Source of the DNA: Polaribacter sp. | GTDB taxonomy: Bacteria > Bacteroidota > Bacteroidia > Flavobacteriales > Flavobacteriaceae | Assembly: GCA_039768135.1 (NCBI GenBank) | Contig: JBDNBB010000010.1 | Coordinates: 2,342 to 66,341 of the forward strand | Length of the DNA: 64,000 bases | Direction: 5' to 3' | Shown here: in pieces, positions 9,189 through 16,098 of the stretch | How positions within the stretch are numbered: the first letter of the stretch is position 1 | How the letters are laid out: every line of letters starts with the position of its first letter | Notes under the pieces: model-generated | Seen by the model: only the letters and a program-made list of their open reading frames with translations | Databases searched by the model: none | Told to the model about the DNA's origin: nothing | Program-made: the position numbers and the translations under genes

Positions 9189-9803
9189 TTATTTTTTATT
9201 GAGGATAAAGCGATTCATAATTTCTGAGATGCTTTCAATATCCTCATACAAATCTATATCATTTTTAGTTTCTAACAATTTTACCTGTTGATGCGTTAAA
9301 TTTCCTAAGGTATCTTTTAGAACTGTGGAAGCACCCCATTCCTTCTTACGAAATACAGATGCATGCAAGGTATTCATACCTAATAAATAATATCCACCAT
9401 CTTCTGCTGGTCCTAAAACTACATCATGATTATCTAAAGTATTAAAAGCATAATCGATATTTTCTGAGGATAAATCGTATAAATCACTACCAATAATTAG
9501 TACTTTTTCATAACCTGCCTTAAATCCTTGCTCAAAAGCATACTGCATTCTATGCCCTAAATTTTCCCCTTTTTGTGCAAATTTTTGATAGGTTTGAGCA
9601 TCCCAAATATCATTTTCTCTCACTTTTACAGAGTAGTAAACAGCTTTGTCTGCGTTTACTTTACGCGACTCATCTCTAGTTTTTTCTAGAAGAAATTTAT
9701 AGATTTCTAAAGCAGTTTCATTACCAACTGCTTTTGCCAAGCGTGTTTTTACTTTCCCTAATTCTGGGTTTCTAGTAAAAATAAGTAAGAGGTTTTTATG
9801 CAT
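9189..9803 (-). CDS. TIGR04282/DUF2064 arsenosugar-associated GT-A fold (CofC-like) transferase
   Basis: GKVKTRLA, QKGENLGHRM, IIGSD, LGPAEDGGYYLLG and DID motifs; gene context. Confidence 0.9.
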   Translation of the reverse strand: MHKNLLLIFTRNPELGKVKTRLAKAVGNETALEIYKFLLEKTRDESRKVNADKAVYYSVKVRENDIWDAQTYQKFAQKGENLGHRMQYAFEQGFKAGYEKVLIIGSDLYDLSSENIDYAFNTLDNHDVVLGPAEDGGYYLLGMNTLHASVFRKKEWGASTVLKDTLGNLTHQQVKLLETKNDIDLYEDIESISEIMNRFILNKK

Positions 9804-9870
9804 ATGAATGGTTTTGTTTAACGCGAGATTTTAAAGTGATGTTATTTAAAACTTGTGAAGTAATCTTAGA

Positions 9871-10362
9871 TTAATTTACTTTCTTCCCTTTGTAAAGCCA
9901 TTTACTCCAACTCTTGTTAAACGTATGTACTTTTTCTGTAGGATTTCCTAAGGTATCTACTACTTCAAAGTTTGCATTTTTCCATTCAAAAATTCCCCCA
10001 TACAAATTGTACACATTGGTATAACCTTCTTGCATTAATTTATATGCTATATTTTCTGATCGAATTCCTAAAGAGCAATACACAACAATTTTAGCATCCT
10101 TATCTTTAGGTAATTTGGGGATTACTTGTTTTAATTTAAAATCATCATACCCTACTCGAATGGCGTTTTTTAAATGACTTACTTGAAATTCATTTTGATT
10201 TCTAGCATCTAATAAAATTGCATCTGTTTTGGGCAAGGCTAGTGTTTCTACTGACATGTAAGGTACATTTCTTTTATTCCATTTATAAAGAAGTTTATCT
10301 AATTTTTTTTGTCCAAGGGTTGCTGTACTAACCGCTAAAAAAAGAATTAAAATGTTTTTCAT
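9871..10362 (-). CDS. Rhodanese-like domain protein with N-terminal signal peptide
   Basis: LLDAR, SHLKNA, VVYCSLGIRS and NLYGGIFEW motifs. Confidence 0.9.
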   Translation of the reverse strand: MKNILILFLAVSTATLGQKKLDKLLYKWNKRNVPYMSVETLALPKTDAILLDARNQNEFQVSHLKNAIRVGYDDFKLKQVIPKLPKDKDAKIVVYCSLGIRSENIAYKLMQEGYTNVYNLYGGIFEWKNANFEVVDTLGNPTEKVHTFNKSWSKWLYKGKKVN

Positions 10363-10466
10363 ATTATTTCTGTTTTAGATTTTACCTTCATACTAACTAA
10401 CAAATCCATTCGAAATTTAGATTGATTTATGAGCTTAAGACGAATAACAATTGATTGCGAATTAAT

Positions 10467-11435
10467 TTAACAACATCCACCTCCATCATAGTGATATGTG
10501 CTTTCTGAGATAAAAATATCAGTTCTACCTAAACCAGCAAGAACACCTGCAGTTTTATCACAAATAGCTAAGGGCTGATTTTTTAGCAATACATGTCCTG
10601 CATTGTCATCAAAAAAATCTTCTTCACCGAAATAAATAGCGGCTTTTCCTGTAAAAATACAAGGACCATCTGCAGGCATTGGATCTTTAATAGCGGCAAC
10701 TTCTATAGATTCTATGTAAATTAATTCGTCTGTAGGGTAATTTTTTGGATCTAAAATTCGATATGGTTTTCTTGCTCTTATTTCTATGGTCCCAAAACCA
10801 GCATCTGTTAATGCTTTCACATAGTCAGCAACTGGTAAACTCCCACTTAAACAAAGTGCTCGCAAACGTTCATCGTTTCGTAAAGCATCATTCATTGGTT
10901 GTTCGCAAGTAGGATCACTCATAACCAAACGCCCATGAGGTTTTAATACTCTATACATTTCTGCAATCGCTTTTTTTAAATCATCTGATTTAAAAATATT
11001 AAATAAACAGTTTTGCGCAGCTACGTCAATGGAATTGTCTTCAACGGGTAAGTCCATGGCATCTCCTTTTCTTAGATCTACAAAATCGCTTTGAAACCAG
11101 TCGTTTTGTTCTTCAGCAATTTTAAAATTTTTACGAGATGCCTCTAACATCTCGTCAACCACGTCAAGTCCAATAACGCCTCCTTTATTTCTATTGAAAT
11201 ATGCAAATTGTAATAACTCCATTCCGCCGCCAACTCCTACATATAACATTTTAGGGTTGTTGGTTAAATCTCTTGCATGAACAGTAGAGCCACAGCCATA
11301 ATTCATTTCTTGCATGATTCGTGGAATTTTTAATCCTGGTAATTCCCAAATCGGATTTGTTGTACAACATAAACCCACATCTGGGGTTAAAGCTGCTTCT
11401 TTATATACGTTGTGTGTAGTCTCTAAATAACTCAT
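10467..11435 (-). CDS. arsM: Arsenite S-adenosylmethionine methyltransferase (arsenosugar-cluster type)
   Basis: GLCC, NYGCG, YVGVGGG SAM motif, QNCLFN and C-terminal GGGCC; start moved to ATG 11435 (MSYLETT) to remove the overlap with arsS. Confidence 0.9.
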   Translation of the reverse strand: MSYLETTHNVYKEAALTPDVGLCCTTNPIWELPGLKIPRIMQEMNYGCGSTVHARDLTNNPKMLYVGVGGGMELLQFAYFNRNKGGVIGLDVVDEMLEASRKNFKIAEEQNDWFQSDFVDLRKGDAMDLPVEDNSIDVAAQNCLFNIFKSDDLKKAIAEMYRVLKPHGRLVMSDPTCEQPMNDALRNDERLRALCLSGSLPVADYVKALTDAGFGTIEIRARKPYRILDPKNYPTDELIYIESIEVAAIKDPMPADGPCIFTGKAAIYFGEEDFFDDNAGHVLLKNQPLAICDKTAGVLAGLGRTDIFISESTYHYDGGGCC

Positions 11436-11452
11436 GATATTTATATATTTAA

Positions 11453-12505
11453 TTAGGCAACAGTTCCTTGGCAACTACTTCCTGCACCTGCTGTACACCC
11501 ATAACAATGTTGGTTTATAATAATGTTTCTATCTTGTAATAGTTCTTCATTATAGTCAGAAACGTGTTTAATTTTACTAGCTACTTTTAAGTTTAGCATT
11601 TGGTTAAAATCGCAGTCATACAGCCAACCATCCCAACTAATAGAAATGGTATTGGTACACATTACATTTTTTACTGCTGCAGGATTGTATGCATCTATTA
11701 AAGCATACATATAATCTTCATAATTTTCTGAGGCAATTAAGTAATCTAAAAACCTGCTAATAGGTAAATTTGTAATGGTAAAAAGACTATGAAAGTTAAT
11801 ATCAAAATCAGCTTTCAATGCTTTTTTGAAATCAGCTTCTAAAGCTTGTTGATCTCCAGGTAAAAAAGCACCCGAAGGATTATATACCAAGTCTAGTTTT
11901 AAATTAGAGTCGGGCATTCCATAACCCACAGCATTTAGCTCTTGCAGGGCTTTAATCGATTTGTCAAAAACACCATCTCCTCTTTGTTTATCTGTCTTTC
12001 CACGTGTCCAATGAGGCATAGAAGACACAATATGAACATTGTGTTTTTTAAAGAATTCCGGTAAATCGTGAAACTTTTTGTTCGCTCTGATAATGGTTAG
12101 GTTAGAACGTACAATAAAATCTTTAATACCTGCTTTAGAAGCTTCTTCTACAAACCATCTAAAATTAGGATTCATTTCAGGAGCTCCACCAGTTAAATCT
12201 AAGGTATGTGCTTTTGTTTTTTTGATAACCTCCAAACATTGCTGCATCGTTTCAACAGCCATAATTTCTTTTCTGTCTGGCCCAGCATCAACATGACAAT
12301 GCTCACATACTTGATTGCACATATAGCCCAAGTTGATTTGAAGAATTTCTAATTTTTTTGGGCGTAATGGAAATTGGTTGGTTTCTTTAATTTTTTCTGC
12401 AAATGTTGGCAACTCACCGTCGGAAAAAATTCCGTTTGAAAGGATTTCTAATTGACGAGAAGTATTGGCAATATCGTTATTTCTGGCTTTTAATGATTTT
12501 TTCAT
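11453..12505 (-). CDS. arsS: Arsenosugar biosynthesis radical SAM protein
   Basis: CNQVCEHC radical-SAM motif, LDLTGGAPE, YDCDFNQ and C-terminal HCYGCTAGAGSSC (DUF3641-type). Confidence 0.92.
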   Translation of the reverse strand: MKKSLKARNNDIANTSRQLEILSNGIFSDGELPTFAEKIKETNQFPLRPKKLEILQINLGYMCNQVCEHCHVDAGPDRKEIMAVETMQQCLEVIKKTKAHTLDLTGGAPEMNPNFRWFVEEASKAGIKDFIVRSNLTIIRANKKFHDLPEFFKKHNVHIVSSMPHWTRGKTDKQRGDGVFDKSIKALQELNAVGYGMPDSNLKLDLVYNPSGAFLPGDQQALEADFKKALKADFDINFHSLFTITNLPISRFLDYLIASENYEDYMYALIDAYNPAAVKNVMCTNTISISWDGWLYDCDFNQMLNLKVASKIKHVSDYNEELLQDRNIIINQHCYGCTAGAGSSCQGTVA

Positions 12506-12640
12506 GCTGAATTTGATTCAGTATCACTTTTATTTTTTATTCTGATTCTAAATTTAATTCAGAATTTTTTTTTGGTTCTTTAATTTATGTACGAAGAAAA
12601 TAATGGTTTGGTTTAATAGATACTCGCTTTTGCGAGTATA
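12503..12640. repeat. Cluster of short REP-like palindromes
   Basis: ATGCTGAAT-ttg-ATTCAGTAT (12504-12524), imperfect ATTCTAAAT-tta-ATTCAGAAT (12545-12565), ATACTCGC-tttt-GCGAGTAT (12620-12639). Confidence 0.5.
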
Positions 12641-12684
12641 AGCGATTCATACATTTTTTACAAAAGCAAAAAATGGTTCTCTGC

Positions 12685-13020
12685 TTACATTTCTAATTTG
12701 TTCACTTTGTTCATCATTTGAACTCCATGAACCAAAGTTGCACCACTTTTAATAGCAGCCCCTACATGAATGGCTTCCATCATTTCTGGTTTTGTAATAC
12801 CTCTTTGTAAGCCATCTTTGGTGTAAGCATCTATACAATAAGGGCATTGTTCTGTATGTGCCACAGCCAGTGCAATTAATGATTTTTCACGAGCAGTTAA
12901 TGCTCCTTCTTCAAAAACTTTTCCATAATAATCGAAAAATTTGTTTCCTAATTCTTCACTCCATTCTGTAATTTTGCTGAATTTTCTCAAATCAGCAGTA
13001 TCATAATATGTTTTAGACAT
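12685..13020 (-). CDS. AhpD/CMD-like arsenosugar-associated peroxidase-like protein
   Basis: LTAREKSLIALAVA and QCPYC (CxxC); adjacent to arsS. Confidence 0.88.
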   Translation of the reverse strand: MSKTYYDTADLRKFSKITEWSEELGNKFFDYYGKVFEEGALTAREKSLIALAVAHTEQCPYCIDAYTKDGLQRGITKPEMMEAIHVGAAIKSGATLVHGVQMMNKVNKLEM

Positions 13021-13054
13021 AAATTGAATTTATTTTAAAATTGAAAGATAGTAA

Positions 13055-13765
13055 TTATTTACTGTTCAAACTCCAATCGTATTTCAAATATGAGATATTT
13101 GCTTTTGCGTTAATTTTGAGGTCTGCATAGTTGTTTAAGTAATCAATTACGCTACCATTTTTTGTAAAATCTTGCTGAAACCAATCAAAAATAGAAGAGA
13201 TTTGTATGTCCTTTTTCCCGATTTTATTTCTTGACGAATCATTGATGAATTCTTTCATTAAGATTTCTAAAGTAGCATCTATATTTCCAGCAGTAAAGGC
13301 TTTGTTTAAAATTTTAGGGCAAGAGATAGATGCACAGTTTACACCTACATGAATTCTTGGGTCAAAATACTTTTTTCTTAAAATATCGTGTTCTATTTGG
13401 TCTAAAGTATAAGTATTACCACCTACTTTTACAAAAGGAAACTTCCAAGCTGTTTTTCCTTCTTTTTGAATACCCATAATGGAACCTAAAGGATAGTTTT
13501 CTAAAATCAATTTTATGGTATATGCATTGTAAGCATTAATCCAAAACGCTTTTTGCTGATTTTTAGACCATGATTTATCTGGATTTGTATTTTCTAAATA
13601 GGTGAGGTATTTGTCTAGTTGGGCTTCATTAGCCTTAAATGCTGCATAGTCTACAACTCCTTCACTGGTAACGTGTTTTTGTAATAAATTCGAAAAGATA
13701 GAGGTCTGTGCTTTCACTTCTACAAAAGAGATTAGCGCAAAAAGGAGTATAAATATTTTCTTCAT
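13055..13765 (-). CDS. DUF547 domain secreted protein
   Basis: Signal peptide; AFWINAYNA, LDQIEH and DPRIHVGVNCASISCP motifs. Confidence 0.9.
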   Translation of the reverse strand: MKKIFILLFALISFVEVKAQTSIFSNLLQKHVTSEGVVDYAAFKANEAQLDKYLTYLENTNPDKSWSKNQQKAFWINAYNAYTIKLILENYPLGSIMGIQKEGKTAWKFPFVKVGGNTYTLDQIEHDILRKKYFDPRIHVGVNCASISCPKILNKAFTAGNIDATLEILMKEFINDSSRNKIGKKDIQISSIFDWFQQDFTKNGSVIDYLNNYADLKINAKANISYLKYDWSLNSK

Positions 13766-13784
13766 CTTGTTTTTGTTTCTTTTT

Positions 13785-13812
13785 TAGACGAATGGACTTT
13801 AAGAATATTACA
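13785..13812 (-). promoter_or_regulatory. ECF-sigma-like promoter TGTAAT-N16-CGTCTA heading the arsenosugar cluster
   Basis: 19 nt upstream of the DUF547 start; exact 16-nt spacer. Confidence 0.6.
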
Positions 13813-13818
13813 AAAAAG

Positions 13819-14520
13819 TTAATCTAATATTTCTTCGTTTACTTTTAAATTGAATCGTTTTCTAAATGCATAGACAGCTGCATATAATAAAGGTGTGTCT
13901 AAAGCAGCAATCGTCATTTTAAAAAGTACCCCACTTAGTAATAATCCCCAGAACTTACTCCAATCTATAATATCAAAAGAACAAAGCAACAATAGTACAG
14001 TCATGGTATCTATAAACTGAGAAGAAAATGTAGAAAAATTATTTCTTAACCATAAGTGTTTGCCTTTGGTAAGGTTTTTCCAAAAGTGATACACTCTAAT
14101 ATCTATAAATTGTGCAAATAAGTAGGCTAACATAGATGCTAAAACTGCTAAAGGAGCAGCTCCAAAAACTTCTATGAAAGTGGAATCATTTACTTGAGAC
14201 CAAGAAGTTGCAGGGACTTCTTTTGAAACATAAATAATTAACAGCGAAAAGAACGATGCAAAAATACCTGCAATAACTACTTCATTCGCTTTTCTTTTAC
14301 CATAAATTTCAGAGAGTATATCTGTAATTAAAAAGGTAATTGGGTAAGGTAGTAAACCTACTGAAACTTCAAATAATTTTACATTAAACACCTCCAATTG
14401 AAAAGGATACCAATAAAAAAACTTTTGGAAAATTAGATTTGATGTTACTAAAGAAGCTATAAAAAGAGCTGCTAAGATGAGGTAAATTCGGTCTGCAGCA
14501 CGTTGGTCTTTTTTATTCAT
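13819..14520 (-). CDS. yhhQ: Queuosine precursor transporter (YhhQ/VUT family)
   Basis: YPITFLITDILSEIYG, AYLFAQFID and WLRNNFST..SQFIDT motifs. Confidence 0.88.
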   Translation of the reverse strand: MNKKDQRAADRIYLILAALFIASLVTSNLIFQKFFYWYPFQLEVFNVKLFEVSVGLLPYPITFLITDILSEIYGKRKANEVVIAGIFASFFSLLIIYVSKEVPATSWSQVNDSTFIEVFGAAPLAVLASMLAYLFAQFIDIRVYHFWKNLTKGKHLWLRNNFSTFSSQFIDTMTVLLLLCSFDIIDWSKFWGLLLSGVLFKMTIAALDTPLLYAAVYAFRKRFNLKVNEEILD

Positions 14521-14658
14521 ATGAACGAAGTTACAAATTTTGATTGAAGATAGAGTTTTAAATGAGCCTAAGAATGCTAAAGATGAAGCTCTAACTAAAT
14601 TTCGTTATTTTTGTTGCTTTCAAATTTAAAAAAGAATTCAAACAATAAATAATTTACA

Positions 14659-15543
14659 ATGAAAGCATATATTTTTCCAGGACAAGGAGCACAATTTACA
14701 GGAATGGGTTTAGATTTATACGAAAACTCTGATTTGGCAAAAGAGTTGTTTGAAAAAGCCAATGATATTTTAGGGTTCTCTATAACAGATGTTATGTTTA
14801 CTGGAACAGCAGAAGAACTAAAAGAAACAAAGGTAACACAGCCAGCAATATTTTTACATTCAGTAATATTAGCTAAGGTTTTAGGTGATACTTTTCAACC
14901 AGAAATGGTAGCTGGGCATTCTTTAGGAGAGTTATCTGCGTTAGTAGCTAATGGTGTTTTGTCTTTTGAAGACGGATTGCGTTTGGTTTCTAAAAGAGCT
15001 TTAGCTATGCAAAAAGCATGTGAGTTAAATCCCTCAACAATGGCTGCGGTTTTAGGGTTAGAAGATGCAGTTGTGGAAGAAACTTGTGCAGCAATAGAAG
15101 AAGGAGTGGTTGTAGCTGCAAATTACAATTGTCCTGGTCAGTTAGTGATTTCAGGAAATTTAGAATCTGTAAAAAAAGCTTGTGAAGTATTAACAGAAAA
15201 AGGAGCAAGAAGAGCTTTGTTATTACCAGTTGGAGGTGCGTTTCATTCGCCTTTAATGGAGCCTGCTAGAGAAGAATTGGCAGCAGCAATAGAAGCAACT
15301 ACTTTTAATGAACCAACTTGTGCAGTTTATCAGAATGTAGCAGCGAAGGCTATTACAGATTCAGCAACCATTAAAAGTAATTTAATAGCACAATTAACTG
15401 CACCTGTTAAATGGACACAATGCATACAAGCAATGATTGCTGATGGAGGAACTGAATTTATAGAGGTTGGCCCAGGAAAAGTATTGCAGGGGTTAATGCG
15501 TAAGATTGATAGAAGTGTTACTACAAGTGGAGTTACAGTTTAA
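14659..15543 (+). CDS. fabD: Malonyl-CoA:ACP transacylase
   Basis: FPGQGAQ, GHSLGE and GAFHS motifs. Confidence 0.97.
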   Translation: MKAYIFPGQGAQFTGMGLDLYENSDLAKELFEKANDILGFSITDVMFTGTAEELKETKVTQPAIFLHSVILAKVLGDTFQPEMVAGHSLGELSALVANGVLSFEDGLRLVSKRALAMQKACELNPSTMAAVLGLEDAVVEETCAAIEEGVVVAANYNCPGQLVISGNLESVKKACEVLTEKGARRALLLPVGGAFHSPLMEPAREELAAAIEATTFNEPTCAVYQNVAAKAITDSATIKSNLIAQLTAPVKWTQCIQAMIADGGTEFIEVGPGKVLQGLMRKIDRSVTTSGVTV

Positions 15544-15623
15544 AGAATTCTTTTTTTATTCTTTAGTTAAAAATTTGTATTTTGTGAATTAATAACCCTA
15601 TTTACAAACTTTAAAATATAAAT

Positions 15624-16034
15624 ATGAAGAACATTAAATCAGCAGTTCTGTTATTTTTACTAACGATAACTGTATTCGTTAGTTGTGAAGATAACACAAC
15701 AGAGGCACCATTAACTATTCAGAATAAAATCGAAATTTTAGAAACAAATCAATGGTTACTCAAAGGTTTTGAAGAAAGTGTAATGCATACCTTTTCTAAT
15801 GGAGAGCGTTTTACCTATTATGCTGTAAATAATGAATTTACAGAGGATGCTATTCCAGGGACTGAGGATTATATAATTTCTGGAGATCTGTTAACTATGG
15901 ATTTTCATTTTGGAAATGTAAAAACCTATGAATTGGTGTTTTCTTGTAACAATACTATTGTAGAATTTTACAGTGCAGGTATTTTACAAAGTACCTTGTA
16001 TCAAAGAAACTCTAATTATCAAAGTTGTTTATAA
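15624..16034 (+). CDS. Hypothetical lipoprotein (possibly lipocalin-like)
   Basis: Lipobox FVSC after a hydrophobic stretch, followed by acidic residues. Confidence 0.65.
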   Translation: MKNIKSAVLLFLLTITVFVSCEDNTTEAPLTIQNKIEILETNQWLLKGFEESVMHTFSNGERFTYYAVNNEFTEDAIPGTEDYIISGDLLTMDFHFGNVKTYELVFSCNNTIVEFYSAGILQSTLYQRNSNYQSCL

Positions 16035-16043
16035 TCAAATTTA

Positions 16044-16077
16044 AAAAAGGCTTTCAATTCATATTGAAAGCCTTTTT
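16044..16077. terminator. Bidirectional intrinsic terminator
   Basis: AAAAAGGCTTTCAAT-tcat-ATTGAAAGCCTTTTT between convergent genes. Confidence 0.85.
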
Positions 16078-16098
16078 CAATACTTCTAATTTATTAGG

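Noticed and set aside
10437-10464. Fifth ECF-type promoter upstream of the rhodanese gene
   Set aside because: The CGTCTT -10 is present, but there is no TGTAAY at 16-nt spacing
11436-11474. N-terminal extension of arsM overlapping arsS (MPRNCC...)
   Set aside because: ATG at 11435 follows an AT-rich leader and removes the overlap, so the extension is probably an ORF-caller artefact
11453-11500. Possible selenocysteine in the ArsS C-terminal motif
   Set aside because: The motif reads GSSCQG with a Cys codon; there is no in-frame TGA
13819-14658. yhhQ as part of the ars operon, or a preQ1 riboswitch upstream of it
   Set aside because: A separate promoter motif lies between yhhQ and DUF547; the yhhQ leader appears very short and shows no preQ1 aptamer pattern
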